Program-made: the position numbers and the translations under genes | NCBI GenBank assembly: GCA_030141605.1 | Contig: JAQGDQ010000463.1 | Location: forward strand, 1-64,000 | DNA: 64,000 nt | DNA from: Tubiluchus corallicola | Taxonomy: Eukaryota; Animalia; Priapulida | Direction of reading: 5' to 3' | Part shown: positions 22,090 through 34,829 of the stretch, in pieces | How positions within the stretch are numbered: position 1 is the stretch's first letter | Layout: the number at the start of each line of letters is the position of its first letter | Notes under the pieces: model-generated | Told to the model about the DNA's origin: nothing | Seen by the model: the letters and a program-made list of their open reading frames with translations, nothing else | The model's database searches: none

Positions 22090-24145
22090 AGTTAAAATCA
22101 CCCTGCTGTTTTTACTTGCAGGCAACGTTAATCCAAATCCTGGGCCATGTTATAAACCCAAATTTCCTTACAGACTATGTAATCTTCCAGCTAAATGGGG
22201 CCAGACATGCACTGAATGTGAGCAGTACAGTAACTGATTCCATTGGGTAAGCAACCCACTATATATAGTAAATTCAATTTATTAGAAAAATCCAGCATTT
22301 CTACCTCGTGCATATATTTTCTGATGATGACTGCTAGCATACCACAGTAATGTTGGATTGTTCAACAAAAAAAAAACATAACATAAAAACATATAATATT
22401 TATTATATAGAGGGTTGTTTATGAAATGGATATTGTTCTTGTTATGAAGAGTTTAAAAATTTTTAACTGGTTCTATGTTCATTACCTGGTGGTGGGCAAT
22501 GTCTTGAAAAATTATCCTTCATATCCTTGGATCTGCTGTGATTGTGACTTACCAAATTTTTGTACATCATATTTCTGCCAAAGTTTGCAAATATAGAATC
22601 GATAGTTAGGTTTGAAGTTTTAATATCCACCGATGTAGCCAGTTTGGGAATTAGCACCTTCCTACTTTGACAACCAGTTTAAAGTTCAAATGCTGTAAAA
22701 ATATGCACCTCACTCAAAGATGCGCAGATAACAGCTTTGCAGTCATGCGGTTGTGGTTTCTGCACAAATTTTGCAGTTTTGCAGATTGCAGATAGTGAAT
22801 TGTGTACGGATATGCAGATTCTTAATGCCTAAATTTGCGGATTTTATGCGAAATTGCACCCTGAAATTGTGATGATATTGCATATGATATAGTATGTAAG
22901 GTAAAACTTTATTACTTTTTTTTGTTTTGTTTTGTTGCTATAATTATAGTTTGTGGTGCGTATGATGGTATGGTATGGTGGTGGTGATGTATGTACATTA
23001 TATGGTGTGAGTTGTCATTGATGATTTGCAAGGAAAATTCCTTTGCAGAGTCTGGCTAGTGATTTATTATTGACTAGTGATATAATTCCTAGCTCCTTAT
23101 ACAAAAAAAGTTTTTAACAATAGGGAATGCATAGCAAGTATAGTTTTTTTCCTAAATTCTTGGATCATGCGGATACAAGGATGTTCAAATTTCACATAAA
23201 TCCATGGAATATATACAATTGGGTATATATACAATTGCGAATATATACAATTGGGTATTTTGCAGTTGCAGATAGATTTTAGATTTAGATTTATTTATTC
23301 ATCCATTTAGCACAATGCAAAAATAAAAGTTATAAAATTACAAATTAACAATGCATTACAGTGCTATGAGCATAGTAGAAGAAACTTAATTATGAGCTAC
23401 GCTCAACATGGATAAGACTAAATTAATAATAACAAAAAAACACGTTAAATGGAGCGAAGCAAACAGATGCGAGAAAATGATGATGTTGATGATGATGATA
23501 ATAATGATGACAACGATGGTGATATTAATGCTGATGACAATGGTGAAGGTGATGACAATGATAATGAATTGATGCTAATGGTGATAATGATAATGCGTCA
23601 GGTTCGATGATATAAACCAAGTTAGCCATTTTTGCAGTGTTACGAAAATTGTGTTAAAATATTGAACTATAAATGAGAAAGTGATAACCACGCAACTCTG
23701 ACCTCATATCAGTTGTCAAAGAAATCTAAATTAAAGAAGAACTCCCAGACTTTCTCACAATGGTTAATGAAGAGAATCCAAACATCAGTGTGGGTAAAGA
23801 ATCATGTCTAAATTCTGAGATAAAGAATAGTGACTTTGTTTCATCTAATTTATAAAGTATTTTGCAAAGGTCATTCTGTAAGCGGTGTCTGACCTAGAGT
23901 AGTCTTTGTAGCAGTCAGGAACAATCTAACTGCCCGAGAAGAGAGCTACTTGGACCACACCGACTGAGATAAAATGTATCAGCATTCGTGTTAAGAGTTT
24001 GGCACCATTTTTTTATAAGAGTTTTCTATTGTTTTCAGAAAACTGATACAGAATAACTTTGCTTTTAACAAACTTCCCAAAAATGCTTCAGTTTGGCTAT
24101 TGGATGACATCAACCTACCTTTTGTGGACTGGGAAGCTCAGTAAG
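22090..24145 (+). mobile_element. Decayed CR1-type LINE 5' part (2A-like motif, PHD finger, APE), interrupted by other repeats
   Basis: 22097-22245 translates ITLLFLLAGNVNPNPGPCYKPKFPYRLCNLPAKWGQTCTECEQYSN*FH. 23790-24140 gives ESCLNSEIKNSDF and LPKNASVWLLDDINLPFVDWE (GDFNLP.IDW-like). Confidence 0.7.
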
Positions 24146-24231
24146 GAATTACGAAAACTTTGTAGCTACTATTTCAGTGATATTTGCAGTTGATAGTATT
24201 AATTAAAAGCACTTTTGGATATTCATTAAGT

Positions 24232-25773
24232 CTACAAAATTGGAGTCCTGAGTGCAGCGTGAGACTGGCATTGCACAAATGACTACCCATTTGAGATGGG
24301 AGTGTGTTCTCAGGGGGTGCTACCCAGAATAGATTCCTTGTTACACAATTGTATCGTAGACCTGTGTACTACGGGCCTGTCATTTAATAGTTAAGCGGAT
24401 TATTTTATTTGAGGTGTTTTTTGATTAGTCAACAGACATTATAATATCACCAAGCTATTCAAGCAAATATAGTTTTCAATATCAGCAAAAATTGGCACAT
24501 TACAGTACAACATTACGAAAAAACAGTGAGTTACCCTGCTACTACTAGTTACACAAAACGTGTGTATATACAAGTGGCTAAGTGCTATGATACCTGTAAA
24601 CACTAGAAATAGAATAACAAGGGTAGAAAAAATCTTTCTGTCCATCAAATAAAGGTCTGAAATTTTTATTACACTAATAAAAAACAAATACAATGTAAAT
24701 GCAATAATTTTTTTTTGAATTAGAAAACTTTTTAAATTACTATATGACTGCAGTGATTCTGCTATATGTGATAATAGTAACTTATCTTACAGTACCGAGT
24801 GTTTCCACATTTGCGGAAACAACAGTTACTATCAGGACTTGTAAACCATCTATATTATTTAAGATGCAGAACACAATCTTTCTGGCATCAAGATTTATGT
24901 GGAAGTAGGCTTACAACGAAAAAACACTTTGTGCTGTGTCAATGTCACCACTCTTGCTAAGAAATTGGGAGCAGAGCTTTGCAGAACATTACCTGCATTT
25001 TATTGCTTTTTGGGTTCTGATTATACAACTGCATTCGTGATAAAAAGAAAGCAAACTTTTGGAAGAGTGCCCTGATATCCAAGTAGCTTTTGCGTCTTTG
25101 GGCCATTTGTCAGACATTAGTGCTTGAACAATCAACACCATTTAGAAATTCACTTGCCAAGTGCATGGGATAACTGCAAATGCCACAAGAGAATCACCAT
25201 TATGTGATCCAGAATTTTACGTAATGCAAGCATTAATTCTACTGGTATTACTGCTACTGATGATGGTGGTGGTGATGATGATGGTGATGGTGGTGGTGGT
25301 TGTGGTGGTGATGATGAGGATGATCGTGATGATTTTGATGACGATGATGATGATGATTATAGTGATATCGCAGATGATTTTGGGATGGCATTTAACCTCA
25401 GTTGAAGTCACTTGTGGTGAGAAGCTATTTAATAAGCTAGCATATCATAATTACATTAGATTAGATTACTTTTTTCAGCATAAATGCGGTACACAACTCT
25501 GCATTACGTCAGTAAACTCTATAAAGCTCTAAACATGGTGTTAGATTGCTGATAGTGAAAACTAATTTTGCTTGAATAGCTTGGTGATATTACAGTGTCT
25601 TTTGACTAATCAAAAAACACCTCAAATAAAATAATCCGCTTAACTATTAAATGACAGGCCCGTAGTACACAGGTCTACGATACCCCCTGAAAACCCCATT
25701 CCCATGATAAACAAGTAGTCATTTGTGGAACGCCACAATCATACTTGCAATATGCAGTAGTCCAAAGTTGTAC
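24232..25773 (+). mobile_element. Long-TIR DNA transposon deletion derivative with an Academ(X)-like XPG/H3TH transposase fragment
   Basis: 24351-24486 is nearly the exact reverse complement of 25547-25683, with diverged IR extending outward. The internal 24899-25055 reads VEVGLQRKNTLCCVNVTTLAKKLGAELCRTLPAFYCFLGSDYTTAFVIKRK (LG..LC.ALP.FHAFTG.D.T.AF..KGK-like). Confidence 0.75.
25250..25380. repeat. (GAT/GGT)n microsatellite
   Basis: Direct reading. Confidence 0.9.
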
Positions 25774-25961
25774 TCCTGATGAAGAGGTCATTTCGTCACG
25801 GGCTCTTGGACTGTATCAATTGACATTTGTGTCGAAACGATCGTCTGCACTCACTAAACAGCATGTTTCGTGTTTTGTATGCAATAAGTTCTAACATTGT
25901 TCAATTACTGTTTATTAGTCTAGGTTTACTCACTTTGTTCACGAAGAAAGCGGATTACATA

Positions 25962-27998
25962 ATGGCTGTCCATCAACGTCATCCAAGTGGAGTTGGGAGG
26001 AAAAAAGTACAAGTTTCTTTTGTTATTCGGGACGAAGTAGAACGGCATCATCGGTCTGGTGTGTCTTCTCTTCAGTTTGATCCGTGCAATCAGCGTCTGT
26101 ACTCAGCAGGTAGAGACTCTATTATTCGAATATGGAATACAAAAAACTTGAGGGACCCTTACATGCAGTCTATGGAGCATCACACTGATTGGGTTAATGA
26201 TATTGTATTGTGCTGTGGTGGAAGAAATTTGATATCTGCTTCAAGTGATGCTACAGTAAAAGTTTGGAATGCATACAAAGGTTTTTGTATGTCCACTTTG
26301 CGAACGCACAAAGACTATGTTAAAGCACTTGCATATGCTAAAGATAAAGAGCAAGTGGCTTCAGCTGGATTAGACAGAGCAATTTTTCTGTGGGATGTTA
26401 ACACTCTTACTGCTTTAACTGCTTCCAATAACACAGTAACAACATCTAACTTGAGTGGAAATAAAGATTCTATCTACAGTTTAGCTATGAACCAGCCAGG
26501 GACAATTATTGTGTCTGGTTCAACTGAAAAAGTACTTCGTGTATGGGATCCACGAACCTGTCAAAAGCTTATGAAACTAAAAGGCCATTCTGATAATGTA
26601 AAATCACTTGTGCTTAGTAAAGATGGTACACAATGTTTGTCGGGTAGTTCTGATGGCACAATTCGATTATGGTCCCTAGGTCAGCAGCGGTGTATAACAA
26701 CTATACGAGTTCATGACGAAGGTGTGTGGGCTTTGCAGGTCAATGATTCATTTACTGTTGCATATTCTGGTGGTAGAGATCGCAAACTTTATCAAACTGA
26801 GTTGCGCAATCATGATAATAGAACACTCATTTGTGAGGAAGATGCACCTATACTTAAACTTGTCCATAATTCTGACACCCAGTCATTGTGGGTGTCAACA
26901 ACTGATTCCAACATAAACTGTTGGTCTTTGAGAAAATCAACCTGCCAAGGAGAAGCAAACGACATCATTGATTATGAGCAGCCACTTAACATGTATCCTA
27001 AGCTGACAATAAAGGGAGGCAGTAGCATCAGACAATATCATGTTCTTAATGACCAGAGACACATCGTAACCAGGGATTCTGAAGAAAATATTGCTGTTTG
27101 GGATGTGCTTAATGCACGTAAGGTTGAAGACTTAGGGAATGCTGATTTTGAAGCAGAAATTAAAAATCGTTTTCGTATGCTTTACGTTCCACATTGGTTT
27201 ACAGTCGATCTGAAAACAGGTATGTTGTCAATTCATCTTGAAGAATCTGATTGCTTTGCTGCTTGGGTTTCGGCAAAAGATGTTGGAATGGGATCTAATG
27301 ATGGTACTGATCCTAAGCTAAATTTTGGTGGACTACTACTTCAGGCATTGTTGGAACACTGGCCGCGTACTAAAGCTGAAGGAGAGCGAAATGAAGCATT
27401 AATTGTTAATGGAATGGTTGACGCATCACCTGGTAATGGATATTTTAGTGTACCCGGTCATACTCCTGTAATTTTCAGTGAAGTTGGAGGACGTACATTA
27501 TTCAGATTGCTAGCAAAAGATGCTGGTGGAGATACAGAAGGTATGCTTCTTAATGAAACAGTGCCTATGTGGGTAGTAGATATCACGGTGGAGAAAAATA
27601 TGCCCAAGTTTAACAAGATACCATTTTATTTGTTTCCTTACATGACATCTGGAGTCAAGTCTCTAAAAAAGGATCGCCTATCAGCAAGTGACATGTTGCA
27701 GGTGCGGAAAGTTATAGAACATGTATATGAAAAGATAATAGGAGCAGGCTCTGAAGCAGGTTCCCAAACAACCAGTTCAACAAACTATACTACTGGAAGC
27801 AACGCCCCACAAGAACAGAAATCTGAAAATGAGAACGAACCAGAAGATTTATCTATTGCAGCTGTAGAAAAGGTAGAACTACTTTGTCAAGATCAAGTGC
27901 TGGACCCAAACATGGACTTGCGAACTGTAAAACATTTCATCTGGAAAAGTGGTGGAGATCTCGTTTTAAATTACAGACTCCTTAAGAAACTTTCTTGA
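25962..27998 (+). CDS. WDR48: WD repeat-containing protein 48 (USP1-associated factor 1), 678 aa, single coding exon
   Basis: [94 protein letters not shown] are diagnostic of WDR48. The ATG at 25962 gives a length like vertebrate orthologs (~677 aa). The track's TTG start at 25827 is an N-terminal overextension. Confidence 0.98.
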   Translation: MAVHQRHPSGVGRKKVQVSFVIRDEVERHHRSGVSSLQFDPCNQRLYSAGRDSIIRIWNTKNLRDPYMQSMEHHTDWVNDIVLCCGGRNLISASSDATVKVWNAYKGFCMSTLRTHKDYVKALAYAKDKEQVASAGLDRAIFLWDVNTLTALTASNNTVTTSNLSGNKDSIYSLAMNQPGTIIVSGSTEKVLRVWDPRTCQKLMKLKGHSDNVKSLVLSKDGTQCLSGSSDGTIRLWSLGQQRCITTIRVHDEGVWALQVNDSFTVAYSGGRDRKLYQTELRNHDNRTLICEEDAPILKLVHNSDTQSLWVSTTDSNINCWSLRKSTCQGEANDIIDYEQPLNMYPKLTIKGGSSIRQYHVLNDQRHIVTRDSEENIAVWDVLNARKVEDLGNADFEAEIKNRFRMLYVPHWFTVDLKTGMLSIHLEESDCFAAWVSAKDVGMGSNDGTDPKLNFGGLLLQALLEHWPRTKAEGERNEALIVNGMVDASPGNGYFSVPGHTPVIFSEVGGRTLFRLLAKDAGGDTEGMLLNETVPMWVVDITVEKNMPKFNKIPFYLFPYMTSGVKSLKKDRLSASDMLQVRKVIEHVYEKIIGAGSEAGSQTTSSTNYTTGSNAPQEQKSENENEPEDLSIAAVEKVELLCQDQVLDPNMDLRTVKHFIWKSGGDLVLNYRLLKKLS

Positions 27999-28579
27999 TT
28001 AGTTTGTGAAATATCTTCTATGCTACAAGGTCGAAGTCACCAGACTTATTGGTCACCTGGACTTTCCTAACAGTCCTTCTTTGGAGTTTTGGCAAGAATA
28101 TTGCAATTTGTTGAGCTGTTTCTTTACTTGCAACCATTTTTATTTTACATAGTTAACTATTTGACTATTCATTTTGCACTTACTGTTGCAGTGGTGTTCT
28201 TTACATTGGCTTTAGTTTGCGTAACCTACACTGGTATTCTTTTTCGAGATATTCATTCACTCACTCTCCTTTTTTTAAATATGACTTAATTGATGTTCAT
28301 TATAAAACGGTATTGTAAAATATTTGTTACATAAATAGTCCCTGCCTGGCACATTGCATTTGAATTGTATTAGCTAAACATGTTACAGAAAACACAAAAC
28401 ATTATTGGTTGACTGAGTTAGGGTGTAGTGCAAGTTATTGTTATTGCAAGTTGAGCCTGTCTGGTAACATGGACTTCTATAATTTTTGTATAAAAATATA
28501 AACCTCTTTTATATTGTAATGGCGATTACATGCTGAAATAATGGAATGTGCATTAACAAATGTTGGAAAGTTTGATACA

Positions 28580-29555
28580 AGTGAAGTAAGGTACTAGGAA
28601 TCTTCAATGCATGGCAATTCGGGTAAATTTAGTACTGTGATATTTAGATAAAAGGAATTTTTGGTACTAGGAAAATTTGGTACATGGACTGATGGTGTGA
28701 GAAAAATTTCGTACTAGGAAAGTTTGGTACTGTAAAATTTGACACTAAATGAAAAAAAGAGCATTTCTGTATTTCCGTATAAAATAATTGTTTCAACGGG
28801 AAAATTTTCCCTGTAGGAAGGAAATTTGGTACTAGGAAAGTCTGTTTTATTAAAATGCTCATTAAAAAGATCAGAATTAATAGTGTGTGGCAGCAAATTT
28901 TTTATCAATGATTACCACCCATGTAGGTACATTTGAGAATTCTTTCAGCAAAATGTGAAAGGCCTCTAGCCCACTTCTTAAACAAGCACTCGGACAAACA
29001 GTAAAATAGTATTGCACTATTTTAGTAGTAGGTCTTTAGTAAACTAGAACTGTTACTGACATTTGCGCTTTGCAAAGTTTTGCTGAATTTGAAAAGAGGG
29101 TATTGTTTATTCTCTCTAGCCAAGTCCAGCAAAAGCACTTTGCACGAAATTGTAAACTGAATATAAATCATTGTGATTATCAAAAGTACTGCAAATTTGC
29201 CATGTAGGCCTTGTGTCGTGCTAGTATTAACCATGTGTGCCGTTGGAATCACTGACGCTCTTTTTCTGCTACAGTTGTCATAATCATTGTCACCGTAAAC
29301 AAATTGTCAGTGTCAGTTTTACCATAATCAATACTGTTATCATTGCTATCATTATTATCGTCATTGTCGCAAACATTTTTTCTCATCACTATGGCTGTGG
29401 TCATCATCATCATCCATCTCTATGTATTAGCACATCAACAACCAGACTTTACTAGTACCAAATTTCTTTATTACTGGATAAACTTTCCTATAGGGAAACT
29501 TCCCTGTAGAAACAATTATTTTATAAAGAGATATAGAACTTTTTCGTTTTGTTGA
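28580..29555. mobile_element. Foldback-like element with ~15-bp TTTGGTACTAGGAAA subrepeat arms and simple-repeat core
   Basis: ggtactaggaaa repeats at 28590-28840, with an inverted counterpart at ~29450-29550. Homologous to the 51990-54730 copies (shared gagcatttct...gtataaaataattgtttcaa and atttgagaattctttcagcaaaa). Confidence 0.7.
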
Positions 29556-29599
29556 GAGAGAGAGAGAGAGTGGCTTCTTTACCATCGAACTGGCAGCCC

Positions 29600-30480
29600 C
29601 GTAGAATATCATTGGCGTTACAATCATTTGAAATATGAAATAGTCATATTGTAGCCATTCTCAATCCCTTACATTTTCCAACTTAAGCCATTTCTACACT
29701 TTACCTAACTCCAAATACGTGATGTTGAAATTCACGTCTTTGTCTGGCGTTACACCTAGCACTTTAGATTCGTCTACGTAATTTTTTTAATTTCTGGCCA
29801 AATGAAGGTTTTGTTACTCGCACAATTTAAAACCTGCCTCCGTGAACAGCATTCATGAAGATAATTACAATACCGTTTGAGCTATTCGATGACGGACAGT
29901 TAAAGACTTTGTTGTGACGTAGTTGCGCCTAACAAACAAAATAAACAATAGTGGTGACAGGATTGATCCACGAGGAACCCCGATATTACACACATATTCA
30001 TCAGAATCGCCAACATTAATTACAATCTGTATTTTTCAAAAATTTAATTAGTAATCGTAACATTTTGCCTTGAATGCCTGAGTGTAACAATTTGCAAATT
30101 AAGCCGATTATCCAATTACTGTCAAATGCTTTTTGAAAATCGCAAAACATTCCTGTACCAGGATGATAATTATTGATTTATAATCTAAGTAAATGACGAT
30201 TTGTTTGTACTTTGAAAAAGTTTAATTCCTTCCTGTTCTCCACCCAAAGGACCAAAGTGTTATTGTTATTTTCATTTAACCTTGTCGTCAGACTCCCCAT
30301 TCTACTTTCAATGAGTATGAGGAAATTGTCAGTGGCCTATAATTTGAGGGATCACTATAGGTCTAATCATTCTTTCCTTCTTTTTAATGAATAAAACTTG
30401 GCTTTGCACCAAGGCCTGGTACCCCCATTAAGCAAACATTAGCGATATTTAACAGCAAACTTTTATGTTTATTCATAAGG
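29600..30480 (-). mobile_element. Decayed CR1/L2-type LINE RT fragment
   Basis: Minus strand ~29990-29930 reads NIGVPRGSILSPLLFILFV (GVPQGSILGPLLF motif); a degraded F.DF.KAFD motif lies near 30120-30150. Confidence 0.7.
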
Positions 30481-33400
30481 AATGGCATCCATCATCTATA
30501 GATTTATTATTTGTTTGCACATTTCGAATAGTTGAGTTTAGTTCAGTCATGGTAAATGGCGTATTTTGAGGCACACTTCTCACACACTACAGCATAGATT
30601 TTTTCTAATTTTACGGGAGACTTTTTGTATTTTACACAGATGGCAACTTTTTCTTGTTACCGATCCCCTTCTAGCTGGTAGACTGGACGTCATAACCAGT
30701 TAACGAAGCAAGCCTCACACTCTCCCTCACTCACTATCCCTTCCCCCCGCGCACACACACACACGCTCTTTCTCTCCCGCTTTTTCTTACTTGCTTCCCT
30801 TCCCTTCCTCTCTCTGTTTCGTAATTCACAGTTCGTTTAGCATACTGCGGGAGATTTTTCAAGCCGTCACTTAAGATGGCGTTATCGAGTGGCACTGCAA
30901 CTAATGATCCGATTCACTTCACGAACTATGTTACGGATCTTGCTGCTTTAAATTTTTCGTCACAATCTCATACGCAATTTAAATTGAATTAAAAGTGTCA
31001 GTTGGCATGTTTCAAGTTTCATTATCCACGAAAACAAATAATTTCGTTGTAGTGGAGGCATGTGCAATACAACAATTCTTATGTCGTTTTACAATCCACG
31101 AAAACAAATAATTTCAATTCTTATGTCGTTTTACAATTCTTACTGCAGACTGCTGCTGCATATACAAATATTAAATACAAAATGCAATTTGAATAACGAA
31201 TAATATTGACCAAGTTTTATTCTTTTCTTACGTTGTATGTACATTTATTTTCATAATTTTTATATCATTATCCATTTACACTAAATCTACAGTCCTGTTC
31301 AATCTAAGCTAACACTATTACAGTCATTGATGTTGGCCTGCCGTTAATGGGTGAATGAACTATGAAGACGTATTTTGCTTACAGGTGTAACTTATGCAAA
31401 TGACAGATGCAGTTAAAACGAACTGTCGATGACAAAAAATATCTGCACAAAACTACAACACAGTCATATGCATCTACAGGAAAATTACTACAGGAAGTAG
31501 TAAGCATTATTGACAATTTTACACAGTAATTAAAGTGAAAACATGTACAAATATGAATTACATTAATAAGCCACAAGAACGTTTGATCAAGGAAATATTA
31601 AAACTGATCATTTTTCAAAATCATATAATACATACAAATTTTTAATGGACATCAGGATCAATGGACAATAGCAGTTCACTTTACACCCAAGTAAAGTAAT
31701 GATGCCTTTAGTCTGATACGGAAAATTTGGCGAGACCAATCAACGACCATAGATATAATCGATGTTTGTGTAATGACTGTATGATTCTTTGGCATGCTTG
31801 ATACAACTGTACTCAGTATTAAAAGTGTCAGTGTAGTGGTTACTTTTGAAAGTCGCATACATCTTTCATCTAGATATATTATCATCTAGAAAATTGTCAT
31901 CTAGAAACTTGACTTCATCTAGCACATGACTATCAAGTCTCGTTTTTTTCAAATGTATCTTTAAACAGTGGTCTTAAAATCAACAATTAATTTAAACATA
32001 AAAGTGATATCACACACACGAATACACGTGTGTGTGCTTTGAATATTACACACATATGTATTTATGTAATAGGTAATACACACATCCATATTTTAGTATT
32101 AAAATTTGTACAACGTATTCTCTATCCTATCAGATAGCTGTGAAATACCTCTACACAAGATAGCATTTTAGAAAAATTCTAACAAATTCTGCACAGAGAT
32201 TATAACCTATAAAAATGTAACAACGACACATGCACAAATTGCATGTTCATGTGCATCCAATGTACAATGTACAATTATTATTACCACAACAAATCTAATT
32301 ATCATGATCCAGAACATGAAAATTCCACTTTTCAAACAATAAATTCTTAAACGTAATATGCACCTTTTCTCAGTGGGAAAAATAACAAGTTTTGTTCATA
32401 ATTCAAACAAATCGTTAAATCCTGTTTAATTTTAAATCACACAACCTTAAATTGTCATAATTGAAATGCATGCATGCATATTATACTACATACGCATAAT
32501 ATCAGCATGTGCTAAATACTGGACATGGGCTGACATAACAAATGTCTGATTTTAATAACAAGTTATTTTTGCAACGATTTCTCATATTTATGTTTAAATT
32601 TATTGTTAACCTTCTATAATAGTGTCAAGCTCAATATCCAATTGTACAAGGAAATACATGTAGAAACAAGAATTAGAGATACGTGTGAATGCTTTAAAAG
32701 CACCAAAAAAAAAACAACAAATTTTTCAGCTTTCTGACCAGCACATAGTAATCGCTCTTGAAATAAGGTACAATTACGGACCTATTAAATTACAGTTGCA
32801 TCAATGCGAAACATTTCGTTCATGCGAAAAATTAGAACTTTTACTGGGATTTTCATAAATTACACTGTATCCAGTCAACAACCTAGGTAAGAATATCAGA
32901 AACGGACTGGAAAATACATCACAAATACACAAAATAACTTTGTCAAGTTTTTCGCATGACAAACTCAACCTTTCACCACAATTGATAAGTACTTGCCTGT
33001 AATATACTGATCTGAGCTTGGCAGATATCTACAAAACATGCTGCTGTTCAAACAATCAAATTATCACATGACACGACAATATCACAGTATTTTTTCGACC
33101 CATCAAAGAGCAGCAATTCTTGCATACATCTTTTCTCATTACAGACAATTTTTGCTTACTACCATAATAAACAGTTACAAGATCACAAAGTGGGTGTAGA
33201 AGCTATACATTGATAAAAATGTTTTACAAGTTAGCAGGGCCAGTTCCAGTTAATATATTTCAGAGTTTTTCTCAGTATAGAAGTTGTCATTATTTCAATT
33301 TATTTTTTTAAAGATGTTTATAACCAATATGAAGGACACTGCAGTAAGTTTCTATAAGGCTGCTATAAAGGACTCTGTTTGAGAGCCAGTTTTGCTCCAT

Positions 33401-33554
33401 AGATTTGAAAAAAGGCGACATAAGTCAAACTGAGCTGGTACAGACTGGGGTTCCTTCGGTGTGTGGAAAAAAATTTGAAAATTCACCCTCAGAATTGAAC
33501 GTCTTAGGAATTGCCGTATTCGTGCTGTCAGTCTGCTTGACACATGCGATGTTG

Positions 33555-34055
33555 TCACAAGCGATATTTGACTGCTTCTGTTGTTATGGCCCTAGGACAT
33601 TGGCAATGACATAATTCGTTTACTGCTTCTGCTGCTATGGCCCTATGACATTAGCACTGACATAGTTATTTGACTGCTTCTGTTGTTATGGCTCTATGAC
33701 ATTAGTACTGACATAATTATTTGACTGCTTCTGCTGTTGTGGCCCTGTGACATTAGCACTGACATAATTATTTGACTGCTTCTGCTGCTATGGCCCTATG
33801 ACATTAGCACTGACATAGTTATTTGACTGCTTCTGTTGTTATGGCTCTATGACATTAGTACTGACATAATTATTTGACTGCTTCTGCTGTTGTGGCCCTG
33901 TGACATTAGCACTGACATAATTATTTGACTGCTTCTGCTGCTATGGTCCTGTGACAGTAGCACTGACATAATTATTTGACTGCTTCTGCTGCTATGGTCC
34001 TGTGACAGTAGCACAGACACAATTATTTGTTGTTGTGGCTCTGTGACATCAGCAC
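33555..34055. repeat. 51-bp minisatellite, ~10 copies
   Basis: Unit gacataattatttgactgcttctgctgctatggccctatgacattagcact; starts at 33659, 33710, 33761 and onward. Confidence 0.95.
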
Positions 34056-34525
34056 TGAGTAGCTGGGACAGACAAACGGGTTGAATCTCTGCATTCGTTA
34101 AATTATGGAGTGAAATGCTTAAAAATGTGCAGTCCCTAAAAACGCATGACAAAGATTTCTTCTAAACAAGAAACCACCATCTGCCAAAAATGGTATGCCT
34201 TATGTACCGCTTTCCACCACCCATGACCGGATCACGACATTACACTGAATAAGTTATGAGCACTCATATCACATCACTAGCTTGATTTTACTGCAGACTG
34301 TGTCTATGATCCACAGCATCAACACTGCTTGTTAATACATGCATTAGTGGACAATATTAAAGCACAAATTGATCACACCTATAGATGCCTTATAACTAAC
34401 CTTTGAGTGGTAACTGCTTAGAAACACTCTTTGCAACATTAGAGCTATTAGAGTGTCAATGCAAGCTATAGTTTATTTCCTAGCAGTATTTTAACTTCTT
34501 AGTTTTCCTTACTTATGTTCCTACA

Positions 34526-34681
34526 TTACAGGCGTCGCTTAGCATGCAACATTTCCATCAAAAGAGTTTGTGTTGGCAAGTTGCCGCTCAGATGCTTAAA
34601 ATGCAAAAACTCTTCTCCACGAATGCTAATCAACCGTAACTCCGGTAATCGAAGGAGCAACTGTCCAAACTTATCATCTAC
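34526..34681 (-). CDS. ftz-f1: ftz-f1/NR5A terminal coding exon (LBD helices 10-12, AF-2)
   Basis: Acceptor tttttgttgcag, then [51 protein letters not shown]. Not in the ORF track (52 codons). Phase 0 matches the upstream donor. Confidence 0.95.
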   Translation of the reverse strand, partial: VDDKFGQLLLRLPELRLISIRGEEFLHFKHLSGNLPTQTLLMEMLHAKRRL

Positions 34682-34829
34682 CTGCAACAAAAATAAAGTA
34701 ATGAATCAGTTATATTAGTTTGTGCTCCGTTAAAATACAACATTGGGTATGTACACTATGCATACGATATATGTACACAATATAATCAACCATTATAATC
34801 ATAGTAGTAATGGCTCCAGATTTCCTAAC

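Noticed and set aside
25161-25532. Hydrophobic Met/Val-rich ORF
   Set aside because: Translation of a (GAT/GGT)n microsatellite.
25775-25855. Hammerhead-like pieces CTGATGA ... GAAACGATCGTC upstream of WDR48
   Set aside because: I could not form stem I, or a stem II joining the two core boxes.
25827-25961. 45-aa N-terminal extension of WDR48 in the ORF track
   Set aside because: It starts at TTG, has no WDR48 similarity and contains an acceptor-like site; ATG 25962 fits ortholog length.
33847-34152. ORF of 17-aa repeats from the 51-bp array; also checked the unit for FTZ-F1 sites
   Set aside because: It lies downstream of the ftz-f1 stop with no start or splice support, and the unit lacks YCAAGGYCR.
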